Assembly: GCA_020536535.1 (NCBI GenBank)
Contig: JAHLWZ010000116.1
Location: 36,639 to 100,638, forward strand
DNA length: 64,000 nt
Direction of reading: 5' to 3'
From: Pelomyxa schiedti
Lineage: Eukaryota; Protista; Evosea
The notes under the pieces are model-generated. The model ran no database searches and had not been told where the DNA came from. It saw only the letters and a program-made list of their open reading frames with translations. The stretch's first letter is position 1. Each line of letters opens with the position of its first letter. Made by a program: the position numbers and the translations under genes. This document shows positions 12,401-30,372 of this stretch, piece after piece.

Positions 12401-15400
12401 AATAGAATGGAAATTTGCCATTGACACCACTTCCCGCTGAACTTATTGCTTCTATTGACAATCTCACATTACAAGTTCCTTCGTTTTCAGAAATTGATGG
12501 GTAGAACCCCCTTAACTAATAGATCTTTCTTTCACACAAATTAGCATGGCTCAATCGCTCCTGCAATCTGATTGCGACAACATCATAAGGACCCTGCGAC
12601 TTTCTGATTCGTCCTTGCCCAAGCTACCTTTGCAAGCCAGTGTGAAACTGGTATTTCCTATTTTAGTTTCCTTGCACTCATTGTTGCAGCTTGAACTCGC
12701 CACAGAACGATTGTCTTCCGGCACTCTCAACGCTTCTGTTGCCGAGCAGTTGAGCATACGCGTGAGACACATGCAGGACTCGGCATCATATTTGACTTCA
12801 CTTCACCACAACCTGGCACTAAAAACAGCCTCATGTGCAGCAAGTTCACTTATTCGTTGGGCAATTCCATCCAAAATTACACCAGTCGTAGCATCTTTGA
12901 TGAACTCTCTTCTGGTCTGTTTTGTTGCTCTGATAAGAAAATTGTGACAAACTCAGAAAGAAGAAGACATGGTCATTCAAAAGAGGTCTGCCGAGTCTAT
13001 GGCATTGTTGATTAAAAAGTCTCTTAGTCGCACTCCTTGCCCAAACTCTAAGGTAGTGATAACTGTGCCACTCGTGGATTTTATTTAACCGTGGTAGATA
13101 ATTCGGAATCTGAGTAAGCATTTGACTCCAAGTGATGAGGTTTTCCTCCCTCCCTTTGCTTGGCCTCACCAGGTTTAACAGTTGGCACTACGAGGAGCAG
13201 AATACGCTTTTCAGGCCGTTGCCCATACTTTTGGAAGTTCTTTGTTTGTGGATGTGCCGTGCCTGTGGCAGAATTTAGTTGTAATTGAGAAAACTGAAGT
13301 GGATACCAGTGACAAAACCAGTGCCACGACACCCAAAGCGGACGATGCTCTTACGCAAGCGCTTATTGAATTGAAAATTATTGTACCTGCAATTCACAAA
13401 GATCTGTACCCAAATGTGTGTTATTATCGTAATACAACAACCTGCAGCTATGAATTTGGTAGTTCTCAAAGTGCGAAACAGGTTTTGGGCTTACTGAAAG
13501 CTTCCATGAAATTTGTTGCTTCATCTTCATCATCTCTCAGTTCTGCAGCTACAGAAACTATCGCTACTATATGCAGTGTGATGACTGCTCCTGCTATGAG
13601 GGTAGGTGATTCTTTTTACATAAAACGCAGTTACCCTTGTTAGATTGTGATTGATGACTTGCTACCATATCTGGGGGAAATGACATCCATATCTTCTAAG
13701 AGGGGGGCAGCAGCAACTATTCAAGGCATTCTTTTCGATTTCCCTTTATTCCTCTAATCTGGTGAAAGCAATTACCAGTCGCTTGGATATTCATGTTGTA
13801 CCGTACATCGCGTTCTTGCTTTCTCCCATCCTCTCTTGCATCAGTTCTCAGGACAATGTACTCCGACAGACAGTGGCCAGTAGCTTTGCCACTATTGTGA
13901 AATTAATGCCCCTAGAGGTTTTTCAGCCCACCAACACCCAAGGTACTTACCCCTGTTTAGTCAACAGCTGAAGCACCAACAAATCTTTCTGAGAGTTTGC
14001 TTGCTCAACGTGAACAGGTTACTCCCAAGTGACTATTACCTCTGAGTAATCGATTCCACAGGAACGACGCTTCTTTGAGCAACTACTTGATGGAAAGAAG
14101 CTAGACCGATATGTCCTTCCCATAAAGGTTTTCACAAAACATGGGAGTTAGACTCATTTACTCAGATTCTCGCTGACCTGAGGCATTATCAACAAGAAGG
14201 CGTAAACTGGCTTGCCTTTTTGAATAAGTATCACCTTCATGGGATTTTGTGCGATGGTTGGCTTGCAGTACCCCTTTCTTTGCTAACACGGAGTTTAGAT
14301 ATGGGGTTGGGGAAAACGTTACAGGCTCTGTGTATTATCGCTGGCAACACCCATACTGTAGCGCACAGGAATGATGAACATGGCTTACCATCCCTTGTTG
14401 TGTGCCCGCCGACTTTGGTTGCCCACTGGGTGCACGAAGTGGAAAAATTTTTGTCTCAAGAGTACCTTCTCCCAATGGCCTACATTGGGACGCCTGCAGA
14501 ACGGGAAAGGTAGGGAGAAACTATCTTCGATTTTGTTCACTGACTAGGGCCAGGTTGCGTCATACAGTTGGGGGAAGGCATGTAATGATTATGTCATACG
14601 AGATTCTGCGAAATGATATCCCTACACTTTCCAAGCTTCATTTTAATTACTGTATCTTGGATGAAGGGCACATCATTAAAAATTCCAAAACAAAAATTAC
14701 TCAAGCTGTCAAGCTGATAAATGCCAACAACCGATTGATTCTCTCTGGTACACCCGTCCAGGTTTTTATTGGAGCTTTTCCCTTTCCGTTGTTAACTATG
14801 AAGTTACAAGAATAATGTACTCGAGCTCTGGTCTCTGTTTGACTTCTTGATGCCTGGGTTCCTTGGAACTGAAAAACAGTTTTCTGAGCGGTACAGTAAA
14901 CCAATACTTGCTGCACGGGACTCCGATTCGGCAACCCCGCAGCAGCAACAGTCAGCAATGGGAGCTATGGACGCCTTGCACCGGCAAGTGTTGCCATTCC
15001 TCCTTCGTAGGATGAAGCAAGACGTTCTTAATGATTTGCCGCCGAAGATCGTGCAGGACTTTTACTGTGAATTATCTCCACTTCAGGTATTTTTGTGGAA
15101 GACCAATTTCCTTCTTCACATCTGCCAGATTAAACTATATGACGAATTTGCAAAACAAAACAACATTGGTGAAATTCTTTCGGCCTCTTCTACTGGTGAA
15201 GCTGACACAAAGCAGGAGCCAGCTGTGCATATTTTCAAGGTATTTTCTCCACGTTTTCTTCATACTCAGAGACATCAGGCTCTGCAAATGCTGCGTAAAA
15301 TATGCGATCATCCCCTTCTTCTCAAAGACTCAAATCCTGGGCTTCTAGAGGGTGAGGATTTACATGACATCACCCATTCGCCGAAGTTGTCAGCTCTGAA

Positions 15401-16310
15401 GTGTGTTTTAGAATTATCTCTGCTCTTGAACTGATAAATTAAAAGAGATTTGCTTCAACAGTGCGGAATTGGCTTATCTGACGAGGAGAAATCCGACAAT
15501 CCGTCCTCAGTTGCTGCACAGCACCGAGTCCTAATTTTTGCTCAACTGAAATCCTTCTTGGATATTGTAGAAGAGGACTTGTTCAAGTATCACCACCTCA
15601 CGTTATGAATTTTTATATCACACAACTTAGGGCTCACATGCCTTCTGTAACCTATTTGCGGCTGGACGGCAGCACACCCCACACAAAAAGGCACGATGTC
15701 GTTGTCAAGTTCAATGAGTGAGGCAGTTTCTTATGTTGGTTCTTGTACCCACTCTTCACAGGGACCCCACGATCGACGTACTCCTCCTGACCACACAAAT
15801 TGGTGGCCTTGGCTTGAATCTCACCGGCGCTGATACCATTATATTTCTTGAACATGATTGGAATCCTTCCAAAGACCTCCAAGCCATGGACAGAGCACAC
15901 AGAATCGGTCAAACCAAAGTTGTAAATGTGTACAGACTTATCACCAAAGGAACGCTCGAGGAAAAGATTATGGGGTATGCCCTTTCCGCGCACTTCCTCC
16001 CACTAACAAAGTAATATACCCGCGGATAAAATACAGCCTTCAGAACTTCAAACTGAAGCTTGCCAACACTGTGATTACGCGGGACAATCAGAGCCTATCC
16101 ACAATGGACACAGCCCGGCTCCTTGACCTATTCAACACACCATCCACAAACAGCACCACATCCAAATCGGCAGGGGCATCAGAAGGGGACACCGGCCTTG
16201 GCGGCCGGGTCTCTACAGTACTAACACACCTTCAAGAACTATGGGACCAGTCACAATATGATGAATTCCAGGTAGACAACTTCATGCAACAACTCTCTGG
16301 CAAACCTTAA
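9450..16310 (+). CDS. MOT1: Mot1/BTAF1 TBP-associated Snf2-family ATPase, many short introns
   Basis: [81 protein letters not shown] and [21 protein letters not shown]. Confidence 0.97.
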
Positions 16311-16389
16311 AAACCTGCCGGTACATACTACTAGTTGTAAGAAAAAAAAGAACACTTTGGCAGAATTCCATGTGATTCTGTTTTAAATT

Positions 16390-18000
16390 TTAGTAGAGCA
16401 CTTTTCCTTTTCCTGTTGATACAGTGGTATGGAAGGATTTTTGTTTGAGGAAGTACTTCTGCAAGTCCGGCCATATTTTGGGGTCTATGAACTGTTGTCC
16501 TCTGGCGAGAACTCTCTCTACTACCGGCTGTATTTGGTCCCATGGTGTAGCCGGTGTAGTAAGGGTACATGCTGGTCCACCATCACTGTGAAGAATCAGG
16601 AATTCCATGTCATCTAGAATTCCACTATCACTGATGTATTTGGATAGGCTCCGGTGAAGGCTTGCTATGGGGTCATATCTAAATATTATTAGTACTATTG
16701 GTAGTTAGCCTGTTGGTGGTTCCCGCTTTTTTCTTTTTTTTTTTGTGTTCTGTACACACGCATGGGGTGAGTTAAGAAAATCAAAGATGGTACTCAGTTG
16801 TATCAAACTGGCTCCTGCGTCAGGCATGGGATTTGACAGTATTCCTTGCAGATATTCCACTATTCCAGGTTCCCTCCCTTATGATAGTATTAACAGTGAG
16901 GTAGTAGGGAGTGCGGAGGGAACCCGTGTACGGTGTGATGAAGATTGTATCCCGTTCAAAATCATTGACTGGGGTGTTGTCCCATATAACGAGTTTTCTT
17001 TCTCCGAAGTATTGCCGCCACCATCTGGCATGAGCTACTGTGATTTTCTGAGACACAACTTCACTACCTAAAGGAAATAAGGAAACTGAGACATAGGGAA
17101 GGGTACCTGTCCAAAAGAAAGAAAACTCAGAATTTGTAATTGTGTTAAGTGCATCCAAGTATTTGCGTACAACTGAAAAAGCTGCTTGCGGAAGTTCCGG
17201 GTTGGTCATCATCAATGGACCCTGGTAGTGGCGTGGGCAGATATACCATTGAAGGGAAGTAGAAGATGATGTGGTAAGAGCGGCAGTAACTACTGTGTGT
17301 ATTGCATTTGCCGTTGCTGCATGAGCTTCCCCAAGGGACCCAAACTTGACTTCGTCATCAGGAACCAATACGAGAGGGCCGTCATCGAAACATAGAGCAA
17401 AGGCCCGGCATCCAGTCTGAACAGCAAAATTGATCAATTTTTGTGTTAGAGTCTCCAGGTCTTTGTCATAGGCCTCATACCAGTCAAAAGATGCTCCAGG
17501 TGATATCTGATCACAAAATCACCGGAAATGGAATCCAAGCACGGAACAAACCCCAAATATAAATGTGATCCCCTTAGCTTGACAATAATGTACAAATTCA
17601 GTCCACTGGGTCATCTCTTCCACTGTGTAGTCCTCTCGCCAATTATTTTTATTCTTTGGGTCACACTTAGCAGCATACACAAACCTGTCGTATCACTTCA
17701 TTAACTTAGTTGTCCTTATCCCTTCATATCTCCCTGCTGGCCGGCAAATATATAACACACTATACTAATAATAACTAGGTGCGTAACACACGTGTTTTGG
17801 TTCTTCGCAGCCATTAAGTCAACAACATATTTCCTCCGGTCAAATGACCACAGCCCACCCCCTTGAGGGTCATCATTATATTGATGTCCAAAGAACCCCT
17901 CAACGACCCCCCTCACACCAAAAGTCCTATCACCATCACTCCCAATAACAACACTCTCAATGCCACTACTACTAGTAGAAGAAGTGGTACTACAAGTCAT
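16390..18000 (-). CDS. GH84 beta-N-acetylglucosaminidase (O-GlcNAcase/hyaluronidase-like); 5' end uncertain, may extend to ~18300 with a hydrophobic anchor
   Basis: RGVVEGFFG, WSFDRRK, FVYAAKCDP, ISPG, FALCFDD (catalytic DD), CPRHY, FFWTG and VIWDNTPVND. Confidence 0.88.
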
Positions 18001-18350
18001 TGAAGATGGTGTGTTTGTCAGTGGGACTAATGCAACAATGAATAATAACACAATTCCACAAAGTGACAGCTTGGAATGAATGATAAACGAAATGAGGTGC
18101 TGTTTGCTGTTGATAAAAAACAAAGGATAAATCAAAGCAACAAAGAGGAAGTGACTCCACTCCCATAATCGACGACTATTGGGCCTCTGCGGGCGCCTCA
18201 AAGGTCTGGGACTGGAGAGTGTAACATCAACATTCCTGATCCTCTGCAAGAACTTGCACCTGCAGTGAATTTTTTTTCATGAAGGAGTTCTTTTGAGAGT
18301 TCATTTTTGTTCGTTCGAACGCAAAAAACAAAGTCTGTTGCCAGTGGTGA

Positions 18351-20190
<1,840 letters not shown>

Positions 20191-20649
20191 TCATGCCAAT
20201 GTGAGTGAGTTGTATTAATTTAAAACAATGAAGTTTCCCCAGTTGTTACCACGAGAACAAGCCAAGGTGGACTTGGTGTTAACATTGAGGGTTTTTTTTT
20301 TAAAACAACCCAGAACAATCCAGATCTGATTTCGGTTAAAAAGGAAAAGGAGGGAAAAAAAAACAAAGCGAAGAGATGTCGGGTGGCGGCGACAGAAGTG
20401 ACGCGCAGGGGAATGGTGTCACAATTATGAAGGAAAAATTCCCGAATCTGGCCGAGCCTATTTTGCAGTAAGTGGATAATCAATAATAATAAAAAAAAAC
20501 TGGGGCATCGGTTGCACAAGATCTTGCGCGATACGTGTTTGTGCTTGCTTGTTATCTCAGTATGTTGTCTTACATTGTTGCGTTGAAGGAGTTTCCTCTC
20601 GAGGTTCAACAACAACGCCAAGGACGCAATTTCGGCCATTCTTCGTGTT

Positions 20650-22984
<2,335 letters not shown>

Positions 22985-23268
22985 ACATGGACAAACAATA
23001 AACCAAAAGTAACTGCTAACAAGTCAACCTTCTCATTTTCAAGGGAAACCACAACGGCCCTTTGTTTGGTTCAACCCATTCTTGGTTCAAGAATGAAAAG
23101 GAGAAAGAACAGGACTTTTTCTGGGAGATTTGATTCAGCTCATTCCGGAGTTGTTAAGACCTCATTTGCGTAGGGAAGGTCGCCGGGCCCCAAAGGGAAC
23201 CACACACGTCGCGTTGATCTTTCCCACTCCAAAGAGGCCTTTTTTTGATTCGCTGCAGAACCATTCTG

Positions 23269-24508
23269 ATGGCACAAGTGCCCGAAACCGGTGCTTCTGC
23301 CGCGTTTTCTTCGGGGGGATATCATCACCATAACAGCGGCGGCGTGGTGGGCGTGGGGGGGTGGGTTGGTGTCGACGGCAATTGTGGGACGACTCCTCCG
23401 TCGTCGACGACGACAACATCATCATACGACGTGGCGGTTGGGCGGGTCGAGGCTGTTGTGGAGACATTGAGGCAGGTGACTGACATATTGGCCGACCCTA
23501 ACTACGACCCTGCTATGTCCCAGTCAACCCTCTATGATAAAATGTATGTATGTTGAAATGATGCATGCAATTGCTCTGTGACCGCGTGTGTTGCGTTGCG
23601 TTGTGTGTGCGCGCGTGTGAGTGTGAGGTGTTTTTGGTGAAGGAGTGTGTGTGCTTGTTGTTTCTTTGATTACCTTACCAGTGGATAGACAGGACTATGT
23701 GAAGAAATTGCAGAATGTTTACAATGCCTCTGTGGAATTGAATCCTGATCCACTCATACCATTGTCCTTCATCGAGAAGTAAGTACCTTACCCTGTTTAC
23801 TTGTTTGCGTGCGGCTCTGTGCCGTTTGTGGGAATGCTCACAAACTAACAAAACAGGATAAAAAAAGGTCCAGACGGCGTACCCCGTGTTGCCAGGATGA
23901 TTGATGTCGTTGGCTACCTGGATCATGGCATCAACCCTGACAATTTCACAGTGAAAGTGTTTGACAAAATCACAAAAGAGAACTGCACAACCAAAGGCAA
24001 AGTCACCGCCGTGCAGGTAACAATACTAATTCAATAATAATACCCCAACCTGACTGTTTATCTTCTTTGTTTGTTTCTATACTAGCACTTTGAGGAATAC
24101 CTCCTGCAGTCCGTGAAGCCATCTCTTCCCACCGATGTTTCATCCCAGTATCCATTCAACATACCACCCGTCCTACCTCCAACACCAATACCGAGGCCAA
24201 TTACCCCTCAGTTACAACAGCAACAACCACAAGCCCCATCAACGGCCCCCCTTCATCAACAAACACCACAACCACAACAACAGCTGCAACAGGAACAACA
24301 ACTGACCACCACTCAACCTCAAACAACCCCAATACCCACCACAACCAAGAAGAAATCACACAAGAAAAGACCCCCTGTTGTGGTTGTTCCATTACCACAG
24401 CAGCAGCAACAATCACCAACACCAACATCAACCCAGCAACAACCAGTTGTTAGAGTTCAGGTACATGCAATGAGGCACCAGCACCCACCACCATCAAACA
24501 CTTTGTGA
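23269..24508 (+). CDS. MED10: Mediator subunit Med10/Nut2-like with Q/P/T-rich tail
   Basis: VEAVVETLRQV...SQSTLYDKI|QDYVKKLQNV...IDVVGYLDHGINPDNFT...ENCTTKGKVTAVQ|HFEEYL matches the Med10 pattern (Y-I-D-x-G-x-N-P, N-x3-KGK). Confidence 0.75.
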
Positions 24509-24634
24509 TTTTACTCTCTGCTGGGTGCTGCTCAATCACCTACTACTTTAGAACCATGAAAACAAAAACAGTTTTTTTTTTTTTTTGCTTGCTTTACTTG
24601 AGCTTGTGAAACCACTTGACGTGGTAGATACCTT

Positions 24635-25978
24635 TCAGGGAAATTGCCCATGCAACCAGTCAATAGAGTGCCTCAAATAATCCAAGTCCGTTGTGGCTGG
24701 TGCGGAAGATGAAGTGGCTGTAGTGGTGGTTGTGGTGGTGGCCGTGGTTGTCGATGTGGATGCGGTGGACGAGAGCATCATAAGGCAGGTGTGGAGTGAT
24801 TGGTACCTTAGTGTAGTGTTGAATTGTAGTGTGTACCACAGCTTCATAAGGCAGACCGCACACAGGTGCAATGGTGCACCATCCATTTCATCTTGGTGAT
24901 TGCTTCCTGAGGGAGATTATTATGGTGAGAGAACACGGAATGAAGAACCATTCATCAGGCAGTGGTAGTATATACAATGTTTCATCCCAAACAAATGGCC
25001 CAACTCATGTGATAAAATCTTGAAAATATTTGAGGATAATATTATTTCCGGGTTTTAAGTTACCTTAGCACAGCGAACATTGTAAAGTTGTTTCTCATGT
25101 ATTGTATACTCGCTGGAGTGTGTTGGAGTATCGAAATGAGGGTCCATCCGAGCGAAACTGTACAGCCCAACCCCATCCTTAGCGCGAGCAATTCCATACA
25201 CAAAGTTCCAATCATCTCCTTTGTGAAGTTAAGGTTGTGTGCAAAAAAAGGGGCACGAAGCGAACTTGGATACAAATCAGTCATTGTAATGCCAATGATA
25301 ACGAGTTCTTTTCTGGGGTCTCTGACTTTCTTTGCTGATGGGGAAACTAGCCAGTTTAAAATTGGTGTTGTCAAGAACTGTAGTTGCTCGGTTATAAATA
25401 TTCTTGATGTAAAGTGCAACTCCTCCGTGACAGGCACAACCGAAAGTATACAGACAGTAGTTCCAAGGAAAAACGCTTCCACATAACTTGCCAAGAAAGT
25501 TAAACTAGGTTATGGAGTTAACAGAGGATGCAAGTGAGAACTGGAAATATACTCCGGCGAGATTTCAGGAGGAAATTCACCAATAGGTTGTATGTAAATA
25601 ACTTTATGTGTTTCATGAGGAACCGCTTTCAACTTGTTGTCCACAAACTGCTTCAGAGTCTATTTTCCACCCACCCAATGAGCAACAATTTCGAGGGGGA
25701 AAAAAGGCAAAAGCGGGAGCGGAAAAAAAAAAAGAAAAACAAACAAAACAAAACCCCAAGTTGGGGGAATAGAGGGTCACCTGACCTTGTTCAGGGTGAC
25801 ACGACAGCCAATCGATTGGTCCCGGTGAGGGTATCGGCACACGTGCTCCTGCAGCTGCCACGGCGCGGGAGATGAGATCTCCCTCAACAAGGGCAGGGAA
25901 CCCCACGATGCCGGATCTGTCCATCGCCCTCTGCACAATATCCTCCTCCTCCGCACACCCGCTCGTGCTGCTACTCAT
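24635..25978 (-). CDS. Archaemetzincin (peptidase M54) zinc metalloprotease
   Basis: PGPIDWL...PEQGQ, ITMTDLYP, WNFVYG and HELGHLFGMKHCIYYHCLMNGSNH...PLHLCAVC. Confidence 0.93.
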
Positions 25979-26237
25979 CCCTCTCTACTTTAAAAGTTTT
26001 GTTTGGAAGAAAAAATAATCAACAGAACTTCCCAGCTTCGCAGAAGAAGAGTTACTCAAGAGGAGTCCTTGTTCAGGGTGCTAGGCAGTTGTAGCTGCTA
26101 CTACCACTGTGGCTGGGACCCCGGATTCGGGGGTTCGACCTACCAGCGAAACTTTCAAAGATCTTTTGATGAAGGAACTTCGCCGGGAAGTAAAGGGGGG
26201 AAAAAAACGGAACGGGGAACTTCTGCTTGTCTATTTA

Positions 26238-27296
26238 ATGGATATCATCGCAACCCACAACAACACAAGAAAAAACCAATACAATACACAGCAAAAACAC
26301 ACAAGAAGAAACCCAAACAAATTAGTTGAGAGATGGCGGTACTGGAAAAACAAGTATGCGTGAAATTCTGCTTTATCTTCATTGCCAACTGCGGACTGTT
26401 AATAACTCTTTTATTTAATGACTTCTTTTTTTTTTTTTTCCCTTCTCATTGCTTATACAGCCTTTGTGAAGCGCCATCTGAGTGGAGAGTTTGAGAAAAA
26501 ATATATTCGTGAGTGTTATAATTTTAAATGGTTGTTTCCTAATTCACACTCCAGCAACTCTCGGAGTCGAAGTTCACCCACTGGTTTTTGCAACAAGCTG
26601 TGGACCAATTCGGTTCAATGTTTGGGACACTGCAGGCCAAGAAAAGGTTTTTTTTTGTCACCCTCTGAAACATCTTCTCACATTTAATTTAGTTTGGTGG
26701 ACTTCGGGATGGCTACTATATTCAAGGGAGCTGTGCAATTGTGATGTTTGATGTGACTAGCCACAGCACATATAAAAATGTTCCCAACTGGCACAAGGAC
26801 TTGGTCAGAGTTTGTATGCATTCAATTTGTACCCGGTAACTTAAATAACATGGAATAATAGGTGGCAGCATACCAATTGTCCTCTGTGGGAATAAAGTGG
26901 ATGTCAAAGACCGGAAAGTTCGACCCAAACAGATCAACTTCCACCGCAAGAAGAATATGCAGTACTATGACATCAGCGCCAAATCCAACTATCACTTTGA
27001 AAAACCATTCCTATGGCTGGCCCGCAAACTCATTGGGTACATTTTCCTTATCCTTTCCTTTCAAAACGCCACTATCATAACAATACATACCGCACACGAA
27101 CTAAGAATATAATCCCACACTACACAATACACTAACATTCACTAATAGGAACCCCGAACTGAGGTTTGTTGCTGAAATAGCACTCCGGCCAGTCGATGTG
27201 CACCTGGACATGGACACCATCAGGGAATACAAGAGGCAGCTCAACCTCATCAACGCTATACCCATACCTGAGCCTACTGATGATGACGACCTATGA
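26238..27296 (+). CDS. RAN: Ran GTPase; 5' end disrupted as assembled by an apparent micro-inversion (possible pseudogene or artefact)
   Basis: Spliced [66 protein letters not shown] and acidic tail DDDDL. The ATG (MDIIATH) is not in frame with the P-loop as written. Confidence 0.9.
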
Positions 27297-27558
27297 GTTA
27301 GTCACATCAATCAATCCACATTAAGTAGGTTGCCCCGGCATTATTACATTCACTGGGCCAAAAACCAATTGTGAATATGAATAAACAAATCAAGCTGTTG
27401 TTTTTTTCCCTATTGAACCTTTTTGTTTTTCCCCAAGGAGCTTTGTGTGTTGGTTTGTAAACCCTGTCTGTAACTCACAGGTAGGGAGTGAAGTGAGTTG
27501 TGGAGGTGTTTGTGCTGCAAGTGTGAGTACCGCTGTTTGAAGTGGAGCAAGTAATTGT

Positions 27559-30088
27559 CTAGTACCTACTCCGGCGTCCATACACTGGTGGCTGTGCTCT
27601 TCTCGTTGTGGGGCGGTAGTAACTAGTAGTGTCACGTGTGCCGGAGGTGGTGCTGGTCATTGGTGGGGGTGACGGTAGAACGTGCACCATACGGTGTTGT
27701 TGTTGCTGCTGCTGGCGTTGCTGTGATGTGGACATGGCGTAGGCTGCTACCGGGGGCAGGGGGTTGCGTCGGCCGGGGGGGATGTAGGCGTCCTGCCGGC
27801 TCCTCTTGGGTGCTGAGGGTGCCGCGGTGGTTGTTGTTGTGATGGAGGCTGTGCTGGTACTTGTGGTTGTGGAAGAAGAAGACGTTGATATGGGGGTATT
27901 GAAAGGTCTCTTCCTGGGAACAACAGGTTAAAGGGGTGAGGGAAAGGTTCTGTGTGACCTTATGGTTTGGGCATCTGATGCTGTGTTCTTTACTATCACG
28001 ACATCGATTTTTATCCAAGAAGGTTTGAGTGAGGTTTCAAACGTCGGTGGCTTGCGTAGGAGAGCCTGGGAAAATGATAAGTGTGACAGAAATTATTGGC
28101 TGTTTCTAGTACCTGAACCATAATTTTGATGTTGTTTGTAATTCTAATCAGAAGATCCAGGAGTTCACGCTCTTTTAACTGTACGAGGGGTCAGTTGTTT
28201 GGGGTTTATTCTTGCAAGAAACGTACAATTTCTTTAGAAGTGGTTGGGGTATGCCCTAAGGTGTCCCTTTTCCTCCTTGCTTGGTCATTGTGCTTAAATG
28301 TGTCCGTCTCTACCTGTTTCAATCTAAGGGTTGGATTAGAATACACTTGAGTGAAGTAACTACTTTTCACGGAATTGGGCGTGTCTCGGGTCAGTGCTAT
28401 CAGCTGCAAAGTCATCTGGTTGCCCGGTACTTATATGAATTCCAGACAGTTTCCTGGCAAGTGAGGGAATCTAGGCCTGTGTGAAAGGTAAAGCAGAACC
28501 ATAAAGTCTACCTTAGCTGCTAGCCTATGAAATCCAAGAAGAAGAATTTCCAATTGTGTGTAGTCAATATCAAATTCTCCTTGGGCATTTTGTTTGATAA
28601 CTTTCTTGGAAGTGTTAAAAAAAATGCACTTTGCCCTGTGAAAGTGTACTGGTTCAAGAACAGCACGAAATATCATTTCAAGAATCGGTTCAGCATTTTT
28701 GGCATCAATTTGCCCGGCCATATCAACTAGACGCATCAGCAGTAATTGTCTTTGGGCTTCTGAGATTTCCTACACCAGTTGAGTAAAGAAACACAAAAGG
28801 AAACGGAAATAACTCGTTCGACGACAGGGAAAATCTTTGTCATGAAGAACTCAATAAACTGATCATTGAAAGTTTTCGCTGAGTACTTAGCCCCCATTTC
28901 GCAACATTCGAGTAAAATTGAGAGATTATCCTGTACAAGATGAACCCAAAAATAAATAAAAAAAGAAGTCTTGTACTTCATTGACTGCCAGGTTTGAAAA
29001 GTCGGCTTGCTTCAGGAGCATTTCACTCACCATGTCACCCCGAGAAGCCATAACGGCAGGGTCTGTGGAACGGAACATACTGAAGGTATCCAAGATGTTG
29101 AAGAACGAGTGTAAATCAACAGCACTTACATCTCCCATCACACGTTTGATCTGATCAAGTTATTTCGGGATATAGGTTTACTAAGTACCTCATTGATGAC
29201 AATCTGTTCTGTCTCTTCAGGGGAGCCAAAAGATTTCGTGTTGGGGAGAACCTGAACCAACAATTGATTATCATTATCTGGTAACCTATGGGAGGTACCT
29301 TATCTTGAAGAAACGATATGCATCTACTGCGAAGCAGGTCATTTCCTTCGATGATGTAATTGAAAAGAATTTCCAGTATTCCTGGAAGAAGGAAAGAAAA
29401 ATATTATTAATAAAAAAGGAAATAAGGGAAAACGCGGCACCTTTCTTATCGACCAAAAGTAATTGAATAAGATTCTCCTTTACATTATCAAGTTCGAGAG
29501 TAATCTCAGCAGCTAATAGCTGTACAACAACATCTGCTGCCTTTGGAGCCCAGTCTGGAAATGCGCGAGCAATCATTGGGAGTGCTCGTACTGCAAGAAT
29601 CTTATGGAATGTGAAACTAGAGTATGCTAAGAAGGTCATACCCTTGTACCAACATCAGTGGGATCCTCACACAAATCGAAAAGAGCATTTCCGGCTTGTT
29701 CTACTTTGTTGGGGAATAATGAAATGAATTTGGGAAGCAGCTGCGCTGATAACTTGCAGGCGCGTCCGACTTCCTTCACTGCAAGCAGTTCGTCATACAT
29801 GCTAGCCTAAATGCTTTCGTTTATCCTACGTTGTATAGATTATCAAGTCACAAACTGCTTGTTCTGCTGTCAGTGTGGCGGGTTGCTGAGCCGAAGTAGA
29901 ACTGGCAGCTTCAGTGTCGGACTTGGTAGGTTTTTGTTGTTGCTCCATATATGCAGTTAAAGCAGCTGAAATGTCATAGAATCTGTTCACAAAAGTGTCC
30001 CCACTGGCCACGCCCCTACGCGAAGTCAAACGACAATAAATCTCAACACAAGGAAGCAGCAGTACTCCTTCGCCGCCGTGGTGCTCAT
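27559..30088 (-). CDS. API5: Apoptosis inhibitor 5 (API5) homologue
   Basis: CKLSAQLLPKFISLFP...NALFDLCED...VRALPMIA...KAADVVVQLL; LEILLLGFHRLAAK; C-terminal YIPPG motif. Confidence 0.88.
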
Positions 30089-30372
30089 TTTTGGATCCGC
30101 AACAACAGTGGTCGTCGTGGTCGCCGTCGCCTCCGTCTTGCTACCAGTGTCGCTCCCACTCGCCATTGGTTTTTTCTTTTGATTTCTGGCTCAGTGGAAC
30201 TCACACTAGATTCTGTTTTGACATAATCACAACGCAGGGAACTACTGCCAACCCCTATTATTCACACCAAGCACGACGAGAAGAACAATCTGATCTCCGA
30301 AATCCCTAAGTTTCTTTGACACCTCTCAAACCAGATCCGCTGAACAATTGGGGAAGAAGATCATTACACGAA

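Noticed and set aside
26070-26150. Hairpin-rich segment with GGTTCGA, tRNA-like
   Set aside because: The T-stem does not pair and no acceptor, D or anticodon arms are found.
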